64,000 nt of DNA from a bacterium (lineage in GTDB: Bacteria > Patescibacteriota > Minisyncoccia > Phycocordibacterales > UBA918). The stretch covers positions 4,477-68,476 of the forward strand of contig JAIYEC010000070.1 of assembly GCA_027487145.1 (NCBI GenBank). Direction: 5' to 3'. The notes under the pieces are model-generated. The model saw nothing but the letters and a program-made list of their open reading frames with translations, did not search any database and was not told the DNA's origin. Positions 37,599 through 46,578 of the stretch are shown one piece after another (position 1 is the first letter of the stretch; each line of letters begins with the position of its first letter). Position numbers and translations under genes: made by a program.

Positions 37599-38009
37599 TT
37601 ATAGCGCTAGGGCTTCTCTGATACGATCTTGAAACGGATGATCTTCCAGCTTCTTGTATCTCCTTTGGGCATCGTTGGTAAGATGGAGAATAAATCGCTG
37701 ACTCAGCATGTACTTATCGAGTCTCAGTACGACTGGGTGCCATTCCGTACCTCCCCGAATAAATTCCGGAAAGGTTTCGATCAAATCGGGATCAAGACGA
37801 CCGATAACACCCTGAAGCTTTTTCGATGTTTCTTCCTTAAAACTTTCAGCCTTGGGAGGTCTTCTCTTCAAGAGTTTCCCAAAGAAGCTGACAGCTTCTT
37901 CTTTATACTGACGCCGTGGCGTATGCTCTTCGGTCGGCTCAAAGATGTAGACCGCCTCATCAGCAAACCTGACAATGATAAGCGCTTTTTTATTACTAGA
38001 ATTCGGCAC
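37599..38009 (-). CDS. Hypothetical protein
   Basis: 136-aa ORF, AAGGGGA SD, terminator downstream. Confidence 0.5.
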   Translation of the reverse strand: MPNSSNKKALIIVRFADEAVYIFEPTEEHTPRRQYKEEAVSFFGKLLKRRPPKAESFKEETSKKLQGVIGRLDPDLIETFPEFIRGGTEWHPVVLRLDKYMLSQRFILHLTNDAQRRYKKLEDHPFQDRIREALAL

Positions 38010-38180
38010 TGAAGTTCCCCTTTGTGTTCTGGATCAGGGTCCGTGTTCTTTGACGCACTCAAAGCGAATTTCTTTCATTTCTTGAATTCTTTGAGTATCC
38101 AACCCATACAGGCTCTATTTGTCAACACAAAAAGCAGTTGGCAAGCCAACTGCTTTTTGTACTTATTTAGATACGTAAGC

Positions 38181-38606
38181 CTAGTCAATTACCTTTACAC
38201 CCATAGATCGACAGGTTCCCTCAACGGTCTTCATTGCTGCTTCAATTGAAGCTGCATTGAGGTCAGCCATCTTTTCTTCTGCCACCTCACGGATTTGTGC
38301 TTTGGTGATAGAACCAACTGTCTGGCTCTTATTCTTTGAAGCTCCCTTGTCCTTACCAATCTTCTTCAAGATAAGTCGTGACATTGGTGATACCTTTACG
38401 ATGAAGTCAAAGGTTCGGTCGTCGTACACAGAGATTACTACTGGTACCACCTCCCCCATTCGGTCGCGAGTCTTTTCGTTAAACTGATTAACGAATTCTC
38501 CGATGTTAATACCAGCCTGTCCCAGTACCGGTCCAAGCGGTGGAGCTGGTGTAGCTTTTCCTCCGACTGACTGTACCTTAATAAGTTTTGTTAGTTTTTT
38601 TGCCAT
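38181..38606 (-). CDS. rplK: 50S ribosomal protein L11
   Basis: GKATPAPPLGPVLGQAGINI..FN..T, GTCRSMGV; start MAKK at 38606. Confidence 0.97.
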   Translation of the reverse strand: MAKKLTKLIKVQSVGGKATPAPPLGPVLGQAGINIGEFVNQFNEKTRDRMGEVVPVVISVYDDRTFDFIVKVSPMSRLILKKIGKDKGASKNKSQTVGSITKAQIREVAEEKMADLNAASIEAAMKTVEGTCRSMGVKVID

Positions 38607-38765
38607 ATAAATTATGAATTGTAGGTTGGTGTTCCATAGCCACCTTCCCGTCGTTGAAGCCCGCGTATCGTACAAGAGAAATCCACTTTTTGCAAGAAGC
38701 TATTGCTATTTTTTAAATTTAATTTATAGTCTCATAAGAATCAAACACGAACAGGAGTGTCTCAT

Positions 38766-39272
38766 ATGCGTTATGTTGTCCTTTTTGTCGCCACCCTCGC
38801 TTTAATTATTGCAGGAGCGAGCTTCCAGCCCGCATCTTTGCTCCCAGGAAGTAACTTGGGTTTCTTTGAATCGCGGATTGAAGGTCCGATGAACGTTATG
38901 ATGCGGAACTCGCCCGAATTAAAAGAAAATTTCAAAGAATTCGAGCGTTGTAAGCTGTCAGAAGATTGTGACGTTAAGCTTATCTATACTGAGCGTGACA
39001 AGATTGTAAAAGCAGTCTGGCCAAAGGTCTACGATCAACTCGAGGTTGAGAGTGACTGGGGCACGTGCATTCGATGTGAAATCGCGCACAAGGATTTCAA
39101 TGATGCACGAGCAAAAGTTGGTGAACTGAGGCTTCAATATGAATGCACTCCAGCTGCTCGATATACATTCCATGTGGGCAACGATCCTGGAAGAGAAGCC
39201 GGCTATACGTCTGTTGGATATGAATGTGCCGGCAAAAATATCACATATCCCGAAGCAGTCGATCCAGGGTAA
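38766..39272 (+). CDS. Secreted Cys-containing hypothetical protein
   Basis: AGGAG SD, signal peptide, six Cys; lies opposite-strand between nusG and rplK. Confidence 0.65.
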   Translation: MRYVVLFVATLALIIAGASFQPASLLPGSNLGFFESRIEGPMNVMMRNSPELKENFKEFERCKLSEDCDVKLIYTERDKIVKAVWPKVYDQLEVESDWGTCIRCEIAHKDFNDARAKVGELRLQYECTPAARYTFHVGNDPGREAGYTSVGYECAGKNITYPEAVDPG

Positions 39273-39424
39273 CCCGCCACGTCGCGCTCAAACGAAAAAG
39301 TCGTTGGAGGGCGGCTTTTTCTTTTGGAAATGAATAGTGAGATGAGTAGTTCCATATTTATTTTATATATAAAAAATCCCACAGATGATTATTCTATGAG
39401 ATTTTTTAGTCGAAGCTGAGAAAA

Positions 39425-39970
39425 CTACACTTTCTTGATTTGAAGGAAATCAAGTTCAACCGGTGTCTCCCGTCCAAACATAGAAACAAGCACTTTCACC
39501 TTTCCGCTCTTTTCGTCTACCTCACCCACCTTACCTTCAAGATCCTTGAACGGACCGTCGACAATCGTGACAAAATCACCAGCGGTAAGGTCTACCTTGT
39601 GCTTCACGTCGTCAGTCGACATACGCTTCATGAGCTGATTGTACTCAGCTTCTGTTAGTGGCACCGGCTGGGTTCCACTTCCGACGAAGCCGGTTACGCG
39701 AGGAGTATTGCGCACTACAAACCATGACTCGTCGTCTACAATCATCTCAACGAGTACGTACCCCGGATAGATACGTTCTTCTTCAGTAACTCGCTTTCCA
39801 CCCTTTACACGAATTTTCTTTTCAGTTGGTACTACCACAGCAAAAATCTTGTCATTCATGTTGAGTGAGTCGATACGTTGCTTGAGGTTACGCGCTACTG
39901 CGTTTTCGTACCCTGAGTATGTATGGATAGCGTACCAGTTTCGCTCTCCGGTTCCTTGTTGTTTAGCCAT
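39425..39970 (-). CDS. nusG: Transcription factor NusG
   Basis: WYAIHTYSGYE, PGYVLV, VRNTPRVTGF, GPFKD..FGRETPVEL. Confidence 0.98.
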   Translation of the reverse strand: MAKQQGTGERNWYAIHTYSGYENAVARNLKQRIDSLNMNDKIFAVVVPTEKKIRVKGGKRVTEEERIYPGYVLVEMIVDDESWFVVRNTPRVTGFVGSGTQPVPLTEAEYNQLMKRMSTDDVKHKVDLTAGDFVTIVDGPFKDLEGKVGEVDEKSGKVKVLVSMFGRETPVELDFLQIKKV

Positions 39971-39975
39971 AGAAC

Positions 39976-40164
39976 TTAGAAAGTATGAATGAGGAGGTTG
40001 ATACCTTGTGAAAAGAGGTAGTCAAACACACCGACGTATAAAGCGACAACTGCAGAAACAGCAATTACAAGTACCGTGTAGGTAATTGTCTGCTTCTTGC
40101 TTGGCCAATTAACCTGGCGAAGTTCGGCCATGGTAGCCTTGATGTATTTTACGAGTTGAGTCAT
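39976..40164 (-). CDS. secE: Preprotein translocase SecE
   Basis: ELRQVNWPSKK plus one TM; upstream of nusG. Confidence 0.95.
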   Translation of the reverse strand: MTQLVKYIKATMAELRQVNWPSKKQTITYTVLVIAVSAVVALYVGVFDYLFSQGINLLIHTF

Positions 40165-40302
40165 GTGTAATAAATATGTCGGGTAAAATAAAACGCCCGC
40201 AGGCGAATACATGACTATAGTACGCCTATCTAAGAAAATGTCAAAGCCCCGCTGGCTAGAGGCCAGCGGGGCTTTGTTTGAAAGGTTATGTTACTCGTTG
40301 CT

Positions 40303-41079
40303 TCATTTAACTTCAAACGAAACACTCACACTCACGTTAGTAGTGTTTTCTCCCACTGGTGTGTTTGGCGCCACCGAAGCATCCATTGCCTTTTCCATCA
40401 TTGGCTCAGCGCTACCATATCCGTAATACCCTTCGTTTTCGTAGAAGCTGGTAACTCGAACGATTTCCACTCCAAGATCAGCAGCAATTTTTTCAGCCTT
40501 AGTTTTTGCGTCAGCAATCGCTTTTGAGCGAGCTTCTGCCTTAAGAGCGGTCTCGTCATCAATGGTAAAGCTAAGGCCACTAATGTTGGTTGCTCCCTTC
40601 TCACCAACTCCAGCAATAAGTGTCCCAGCCTTTGCTGTATCTCGTACCTTTACCGCTACTGTCTGTGATACTTCAAATCCGTCAGGAATCTCTTCCCCCG
40701 GTGGACACCACGCTCCAAAACAGTCGGTATTTTCGTATCGGTATTTTGGATACATGTTGTAGTTTTCGGTTTTGATATCTTTCTCTTCAACTCCCTGTTC
40801 TTTTAAGTAAGCGATGAGATCATTGATCTTCGTTCCTGACGCTGCTTGAGCAGTGGTAGCGTCAGCCCCTTCAGCAGTCACACTAAAAGAAAATTGCCCC
40901 ACGTCCGGAATCGCACTTGCTTCCCCCTCTCCATTGACTGAGATACTCATTGGCATCGGGTACATCGACTTCGTCATGTAGTAACTGCTGTACGCATATG
41001 AAGCTAGTGCAAGACCAGCTAACGCAATGGTAATTGCGGTAATTACCTGATAGGTTTTGTTACTAAAAAATGATTGCAT
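40303..41079 (-). CDS. SIMPL (DUF541) domain protein
   Basis: ISVNGEGEASAIPD, DIKTENY, ARSKAIADAKTKAEKIA. Confidence 0.9.
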   Translation of the reverse strand: MQSFFSNKTYQVITAITIALAGLALASYAYSSYYMTKSMYPMPMSISVNGEGEASAIPDVGQFSFSVTAEGADATTAQAASGTKINDLIAYLKEQGVEEKDIKTENYNMYPKYRYENTDCFGAWCPPGEEIPDGFEVSQTVAVKVRDTAKAGTLIAGVGEKGATNISGLSFTIDDETALKAEARSKAIADAKTKAEKIAADLGVEIVRVTSFYENEGYYGYGSAEPMMEKAMDASVAPNTPVGENTTNVSVSVSFEVK

Positions 41080-41084
41080 AGGTA

Positions 41085-42032
41085 CTAAAGATTATTGTGT
41101 ATAAATTCACGGATAAGACGACGAATGGTGGCTTCTCTTTCATTCCCGGTACCACAGACTGTCGTAAAGGCTTTTAGGTCGGTCTCGTTAAGAACTGGTA
41201 CGGAGCCGTCCTCCTTGAGTAAATAGTACATGACCGCATTCTCATCATCAACGTGATCAATGCCAAGCGCATGACCGAATTCATGAACCAAGACTGAAAC
41301 GAGCTCTTCTGAAGAAGAGAATTTATAAATATGTATCCTTCCGTCTTGGTAATCACCTTGGGTAAACTCTTTGGCAAACCCATGCTCCTTGTTATACGCC
41401 TCAACTTCACGATTGTACGCCTCAACTAACTCATTGCTTTTTTGTCCCAAAGCATTAATGCTCTGCCCCAGCTTATTAAGCGTATCAGCGTCACGATTAA
41501 GCTCAGCCGAGCGCGCATCAAGCGCTTGCCTCTCGCGCTCAATGTCAGCAAAGACATCCGACGGCGCACCGCCCTGATCATTGTATCGATTGACTCGTTC
41601 GTTATGTCGCGAGAGAGAGGCTTCGTATGCAGCGACATTTTTTTCATACGTCTTTGTTTTCTCTTCGTACTCTTTTTGCGACTCTTCGATAGTCTTTTTG
41701 AGTGTTTCTGTTTCCTCAAAAAGACGATCGAGCTCCTGTCTCTGTACGCTCTCCGAATCAGCCTCGGCCTGTCTATCATCAAAAATAAAATCGACAACTA
41801 ATACTCCATTTTCATCATAGGTAAATAACTCTCGGCCAGCTTTTTCTTCCCAGGCTTTTTCTGCTTCACCCAAACGAGCAATTGCTTCATCTCGCGTAAT
41901 TGTGAAGTGGCTATCAACTTGCCCTAGGCGATACGTAAGTGGCACGGGACAAATATGTGCAGTAGATTGATACCAAAACGTTCCCGCCACTGCGAGACTT
42001 GAGATGAGTGCAACCAGAAATGGAAACCGCAT
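41085..42032 (-). CDS. Matrixin-like zinc metalloprotease with coiled-coil insert
   Basis: HEFGHALGIDH and Met-turn AVMY. Confidence 0.88.
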   Translation of the reverse strand: MRFPFLVALISSLAVAGTFWYQSTAHICPVPLTYRLGQVDSHFTITRDEAIARLGEAEKAWEEKAGRELFTYDENGVLVVDFIFDDRQAEADSESVQRQELDRLFEETETLKKTIEESQKEYEEKTKTYEKNVAAYEASLSRHNERVNRYNDQGGAPSDVFADIERERQALDARSAELNRDADTLNKLGQSINALGQKSNELVEAYNREVEAYNKEHGFAKEFTQGDYQDGRIHIYKFSSSEELVSVLVHEFGHALGIDHVDDENAVMYYLLKEDGSVPVLNETDLKAFTTVCGTGNEREATIRRLIREFIHNNL

Positions 42033-42329
42033 AGATATGCTAATGATAGCAAATAAAAAAACGGTGCAGAGCGGGGACTGCGTGGTCGCGACACGTAGTC
42101 CCTATTCTGCACCATTTTTTAGTAACAAAACATATTCGCAACGGGCGAATGCCCTTTGCTTCCTCTATCATACCCTACCATCCTTCGTGCAAGCAAAAGA
42201 TTTCAACAGGGTGCAGTTATTTTTGACACAAATTTATTTTGTACTGCTTTTAATAAAAAATATAACTTTACTGATTGAGGTGTGTATAGAAATCTGCTAT
42301 TGTGCCTGTCTGGCAGTAAAATATAAGTA

Positions 42330-42386
42330 CGTTTGAAATTTGGGCTATAAATCAAAGTCTTTGATTTATAGCCCACGCTTCAAACG
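42330..42386. repeat. Near-perfect palindrome
   Basis: TGGGCTATAAATCAAAG-T-CTTTGATTTATAGCCCA enclosed by CGTTTGAA/TTCAAACG. Confidence 0.8.
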
Positions 42387-42407
42387 AAACGTGGGTATAA
42401 AAAAGAA

Positions 42408-42539
42408 CTATTGTTCTTTTTTATCCTTCGTATCAACCTCGTCTTTGGTTTCTAGCCCGGGCGAGGTTTTTACGTTTTTTTCTGAAGAAGCTGGAAACGG
42501 TGGAGCCCATGATCCATTTGGATGCTGGCACCAAACCAT
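42408..42539 (-). CDS. Possible 43-aa peptide (MVWCQHPNGSWAPPFPAS...)
   Basis: Hand-translated; strong GAGGAGGAG SD. Confidence 0.4.
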   Translation of the reverse strand: MVWCQHPNGSWAPPFPASSEKNVKTSPGLETKDEVDTKDKKEQ

Positions 42540-42695
42540 ATTCTCCTCCTCATCTAAATGACAATGAATAAATTTAGACATATGTCATGCGTTCTCGCTC
42601 GCGTAGCGCCCGCAGGGTAACGGAGTTTTCTGCTAAAGTGCCCCTCTCTGGTTCGAACATGAAAACCAGAAAGGAGCGCTCTAGCGCCCTTTCTT

Positions 42696-44381
42696 TTACT
42701 TCTTCCCTTCGTTTTCTTGGAGCTTCTTGCGAACCAATTGCTGGGCTGCGTTCATTGAGTGCTGGTAGTAGAGACTTTTTACTCCCTGCTTCCACGCTTG
42801 GAGGTAGAGCGCGTTGATATCCTTTACCGGCGTATCTGGCGCCACCATGATGTTGAGTGACTGCGCTTGGTCAATAAACTTCTGTCGATCTGCCGCTTGT
42901 TCGATTACCTTTGATTGATCGATTTCGGCAAAGGTTCGGTAGATGGCTTTTTCTTCATCTGAAAGACAATCGAGATGTTGAACCGAACCATCGTTATCGC
43001 GAATTGAATCCCAGGTTACCTTATCGTCGTGACCCTTCTGCGCCAAAAGTGCTTGAAGCGTAGGGTTCTTAATGGTTACCTTCATCTTGGCCACGTCTTT
43101 GACGTAACAGTTAGACCAGATTGGTTCGATACCTTGTGATACTTGTCCGAGAATAAAAGCAGAGGAGGTGGTTGGAGCAATCGCAATTAAGGTGGTGTTA
43201 CGACGACCGTAGCCCTTGAGTACTTCTGGCTCACCGAGCGTAGCTGCGAGTTCTTTGGTAGCAGCGTCAGCTTTATCTTTAATAAGCTTGAAAACTTCTT
43301 TATTGAGAGTAGCGGCTTCTTCGCTTTCAAATGGCAAGCCTTTTGCCTGAAGGAGTGAGTGGTATCCAAGAACACCAAGACCGAGAGCTCTATTTGCTTT
43401 AGCGAAGTTGTACGCTCGCTCCATAAAGGTGAAGGCGCGACGCTTTTCAGCTTCTTCGTGGTCACGCAGTGCTTCTAACTTTACGATAAATTCTTCCATG
43501 ACGGCATCCAAAAATGCTGTCATTGTTTCTACCAAGTCAGTGTCCTTCCAGGCGTCGTAGTGAAGAAGGTTGACTGATGAGAGACAACACACAAATGACC
43601 AGTCTTCCTTACTTGGAAGCATGATTTCACTACACATGTTACTCGCGTGAATGCGGAGCTTCTTGTCTTTATAGACATCAACCGTGTTATTGTTAGCAGT
43701 ATCGCTAAACATAATATATGGGTACCCCATTTCTCCCCGTCGTTGAATGATACGAGCCCAAACTTTTCGCTTGGCTTCATCCCCATCAATCATGGACTGC
43801 ATCCATTCGTCCCCTACTGTCACACCGTGGGTGAGCTTCTGAATTGGATTTCCTTCAGTTCCGATATCGAGGAACTCCATGATGTCATCGTGCTCTGCAG
43901 GGAGGTATGGTGAGAAGTGTCCGCGACGAACTGATCCTTGTGAGACCACCACGACGAGAGTCTCAAAGAGTTGCATAAAGTGGACTGAACCAGATGAGTA
44001 CCCGTTGTCATTTCCAATTGATGCTCCACGTGGACGAAGTGCTCCAAAGAATCCAGAACACCCACCACCAAACTTACTCATCATTCCCACCTCAGCGTTG
44101 GTGTAGAGAATGTCACCCATGTTGTCATCAACGTATGAGCCAAAACAGCTAATTGGAAGCCCTTTTGGATCACCAAAGTTAGCCCACACCGGTGAGGCGA
44201 GTGAAATCCAGCCACGACTCATGTAGTCAACAAACTTATCGGCAAAGCCGTCTTGTTTGAGATATTTTTCTGCAGTTTCCGCGATAACGCGAATGCGTTC
44301 TTCGGCTGTTTGACCCGGGGCGAGGTATCCTCGAGCAAGAAATCCGCGACTATTTTCGTTCAACCAGTACCATGGTTCCAT
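42696..44381 (-). CDS. nrdA: Class Ia ribonucleotide reductase alpha subunit (short, no ATP-cone)
   Basis: PISCF, SNMCSEI (NxCxE), FVCCLSSVNL, APTTSS, DQAQSLN, KSLYY. Confidence 0.96.
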   Translation of the reverse strand: MEPWYWLNENSRGFLARGYLAPGQTAEERIRVIAETAEKYLKQDGFADKFVDYMSRGWISLASPVWANFGDPKGLPISCFGSYVDDNMGDILYTNAEVGMMSKFGGGCSGFFGALRPRGASIGNDNGYSSGSVHFMQLFETLVVVVSQGSVRRGHFSPYLPAEHDDIMEFLDIGTEGNPIQKLTHGVTVGDEWMQSMIDGDEAKRKVWARIIQRRGEMGYPYIMFSDTANNNTVDVYKDKKLRIHASNMCSEIMLPSKEDWSFVCCLSSVNLLHYDAWKDTDLVETMTAFLDAVMEEFIVKLEALRDHEEAEKRRAFTFMERAYNFAKANRALGLGVLGYHSLLQAKGLPFESEEAATLNKEVFKLIKDKADAATKELAATLGEPEVLKGYGRRNTTLIAIAPTTSSAFILGQVSQGIEPIWSNCYVKDVAKMKVTIKNPTLQALLAQKGHDDKVTWDSIRDNDGSVQHLDCLSDEEKAIYRTFAEIDQSKVIEQAADRQKFIDQAQSLNIMVAPDTPVKDINALYLQAWKQGVKSLYYQHSMNAAQQLVRKKLQENEGKK

Positions 44382-44421
44382 ATCAGTTATTCAGTTTATT
44401 GTGTTTAATCGCGACAGTTGA

Positions 44422-45735
44422 TTAAAAGAGGTCTTCGCTGGTTACGCTCGCTGAGCGCTTGTTGTAGTTGATTGATCGCTTCTGGAAGAAGTCTACGTGC
44501 TTGGTAGCAATTACTTCAGCATCAAACCAGTCAGTCTCTTCAAGGAGTGCGTCACTGACGTCGAAGATTCGAGGCATACCAATTGAGGCGAGCGAATTAT
44601 TGAAGCGGTGCTTGATGAATTCTTTTACGTTAGCAGCTGGCAAGAAGCTGAGTTCACCGGCTTCGTAAATCCAATCTACAATCTTGCTTTCTGCTTCATA
44701 TGCTTCACGACATGCTTCTACCACCTTCTGTCGGCATTCATCGTCAAACCATTCTGGATGTTCGCTCTTGATGATATTGATGACATCAATCCCAAACATT
44801 CCGTGCAAATTCTCTTCCTTTGAAGTTGCTTCCACAGCATTTGAAATACCCTTAAACAGATTACGATGCTTGTTGAAAGACATCATAATGAGGAACTGTG
44901 AGAAAAGTGAGACGTGCTCCACAAAGAGTGAGAAGAGCATGACTGACTGGAAGTAGTCCTTGTTTTCCTGGGTTCGTGAGAGATCAATTACCTTTTCGAG
45001 GTAATTCATTCGCTCTTGCATGACCGGGATATCCTTAATCTTTCGGAATTCATCATTAAGACCGAGAATTTCAAGCAAGTGTGCATACGCATCAGCGTGA
45101 CGAACTTCTGATTCTGAGAAGGTTGCGCCTACTGCTCCAATTTCTGGCTTTGGCATCTTTTTGTAGATGTCTCCCCAGAAGGTCTTTACTGCTACCTCAA
45201 TTTGAGCAATAGCAAGCATAGCGTTCTTAATAGCGCTTCGCTCTGCTTCGTTTACATTGACATGGAAGTCCTGAACATCAGAGGTGAAGTTAAATTCGGT
45301 GTGTACCCAGTATGAGTGACGGACCGCGGTGGTGTACTCGTAGAGTTCTGGATACTCATACGGTTTGAAGTTTTGCCGACGAGCGAAGATATCTCGTTCG
45401 CGAAGCTTCTTGCGCTCATTACGATAGATGATGTACGCCTTCGCGGTGGTAAAGTACCCCTTCTCCATGAGCGCTTGCTCAACCAAGTCTTGGATTTCTT
45501 CCACTGCTGGACTACCATCAATACACTTGTTAGCAATTTCACTACCGGTCTCTGCTGTTCCTGCCTGCACACACATAGCGATCACCTTCTGGTGAGCTAG
45601 TTCGGCTACTTCAATGGCGGCATCACGATTTCCTTCTCCGGTTTCGACGAGAGCCTTTGCGATAGCACTTTCAATTTTTGAAATATCGAAGGGCTTTAGT
45701 TGCCCGTCGCGCTTTCGAATGGTTTCGATGTTCAT
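44422..45735 (-). CDS. nrdB: Class Ia RNR beta subunit with N-terminal ATP-cone
   Basis: IRKRDG..FDISKI..VEEIQDLVE..AKAYIIYR cone, then ferritin-like QIE, EVRHADAY, FVEHVSLFSQF, EENLH, C-terminal Tyr. Confidence 0.96.
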   Translation of the reverse strand: MNIETIRKRDGQLKPFDISKIESAIAKALVETGEGNRDAAIEVAELAHQKVIAMCVQAGTAETGSEIANKCIDGSPAVEEIQDLVEQALMEKGYFTTAKAYIIYRNERKKLRERDIFARRQNFKPYEYPELYEYTTAVRHSYWVHTEFNFTSDVQDFHVNVNEAERSAIKNAMLAIAQIEVAVKTFWGDIYKKMPKPEIGAVGATFSESEVRHADAYAHLLEILGLNDEFRKIKDIPVMQERMNYLEKVIDLSRTQENKDYFQSVMLFSLFVEHVSLFSQFLIMMSFNKHRNLFKGISNAVEATSKEENLHGMFGIDVINIIKSEHPEWFDDECRQKVVEACREAYEAESKIVDWIYEAGELSFLPAANVKEFIKHRFNNSLASIGMPRIFDVSDALLEETDWFDAEVIATKHVDFFQKRSINYNKRSASVTSEDLF

Positions 45736-45951
45736 ACTAATAAACTTGAATTGGTAAAAAGATGAATTATCGCGCACGAACATAATTGGTGGAAGACCGC
45801 TGCAATGAATTGCGCAGCACAATTAGGTTCACAAGCGATTAGGTCGCGACTAACACGCACGCGTTCTTTAAAAACGCGCTTGAAACTCGATATGAGTTTG
45901 TGTGTCTTACCTCCGACACACGAGACCTCGTGTGGTTTCATTACTATAGCA
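45736..45951 (-). promoter_or_regulatory. Extended -10 promoter and ~200-nt structured leader of nrdB-nrdA
   Basis: TGC-TATAGT at 45951-45943 followed by several hairpins. Confidence 0.55.
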
Positions 45952-46139
45952 CTGAGGTGAGAAGCTTGGCTATTTTATTGACGCCAAACGGAGGCTATTT
46001 TTCGTTAGCTATCCACAGTATTCTGGGGACACTGTAATACAAAATAATTTTGAGTTTTGCCTAGATTTGCAAGATGGTAAAAATGTCACGTGATAGAGAA
46101 AAAGCACCGCGACCATTGGTCGCGGTGCTTTTTACCGGC

Positions 46140-46532
46140 TTATCGCCTGAGGCTGTCTCGAATTTCCATAAGAAGCTTCACTTCTTCAGATGGTTCTTTT
46201 GGTTTTTCTTCTTTTGCAGCTTCTTCTTTCTTTACTACTTTCTCCTGAGCCTTATTAATACCCTTTACTACCATAAAGATAGCAAACGCGACGATAATAA
46301 AGTCGATTACCGATTGAACAAAAACACCGTAAGTCACAACTGCGTCGCCAAGGGTGTATGACAGTCCTGAAAAATTCACTCCGCCCATGAGCAGTCCAAT
46401 AAGTGGCGTGATGATGTCTGTCACCAAGGACGACACGATTTTTCCAAAAGCGGCTCCAATAACGACAGCAACAGCGAGATCAAGGACGTTCCCCTTCATG
46501 GCAAACGCCTTGAATTCATCAATAATTTTCAT
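46140..46532 (-). CDS. mscL: Large-conductance mechanosensitive channel
   Basis: [40 protein letters not shown]. Confidence 0.98.
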   Translation of the reverse strand: MKIIDEFKAFAMKGNVLDLAVAVVIGAAFGKIVSSLVTDIITPLIGLLMGGVNFSGLSYTLGDAVVTYGVFVQSVIDFIIVAFAIFMVVKGINKAQEKVVKKEEAAKEEKPKEPSEEVKLLMEIRDSLRR

Positions 46533-46578
46533 ATATGTATTACCTACTCTTATAAAAGAATGAGTCTAGTATACCTAA

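Noticed and set aside
42062-42116. GC-rich stretch that might be a tRNA
   Set aside because: Folds as one long hairpin with flanking A/T runs; no T-loop or cloverleaf
45736-45822. Longer Cys-rich N-terminus for NrdB
   Set aside because: The ATP-cone begins at MNIETIRKRDG (45735); the upstream part is better explained as UTR
46005-46020. DnaA-box-like CTATCCACA suggesting an origin
   Set aside because: Single imperfect box, no cluster, and no dnaA/dnaN nearby
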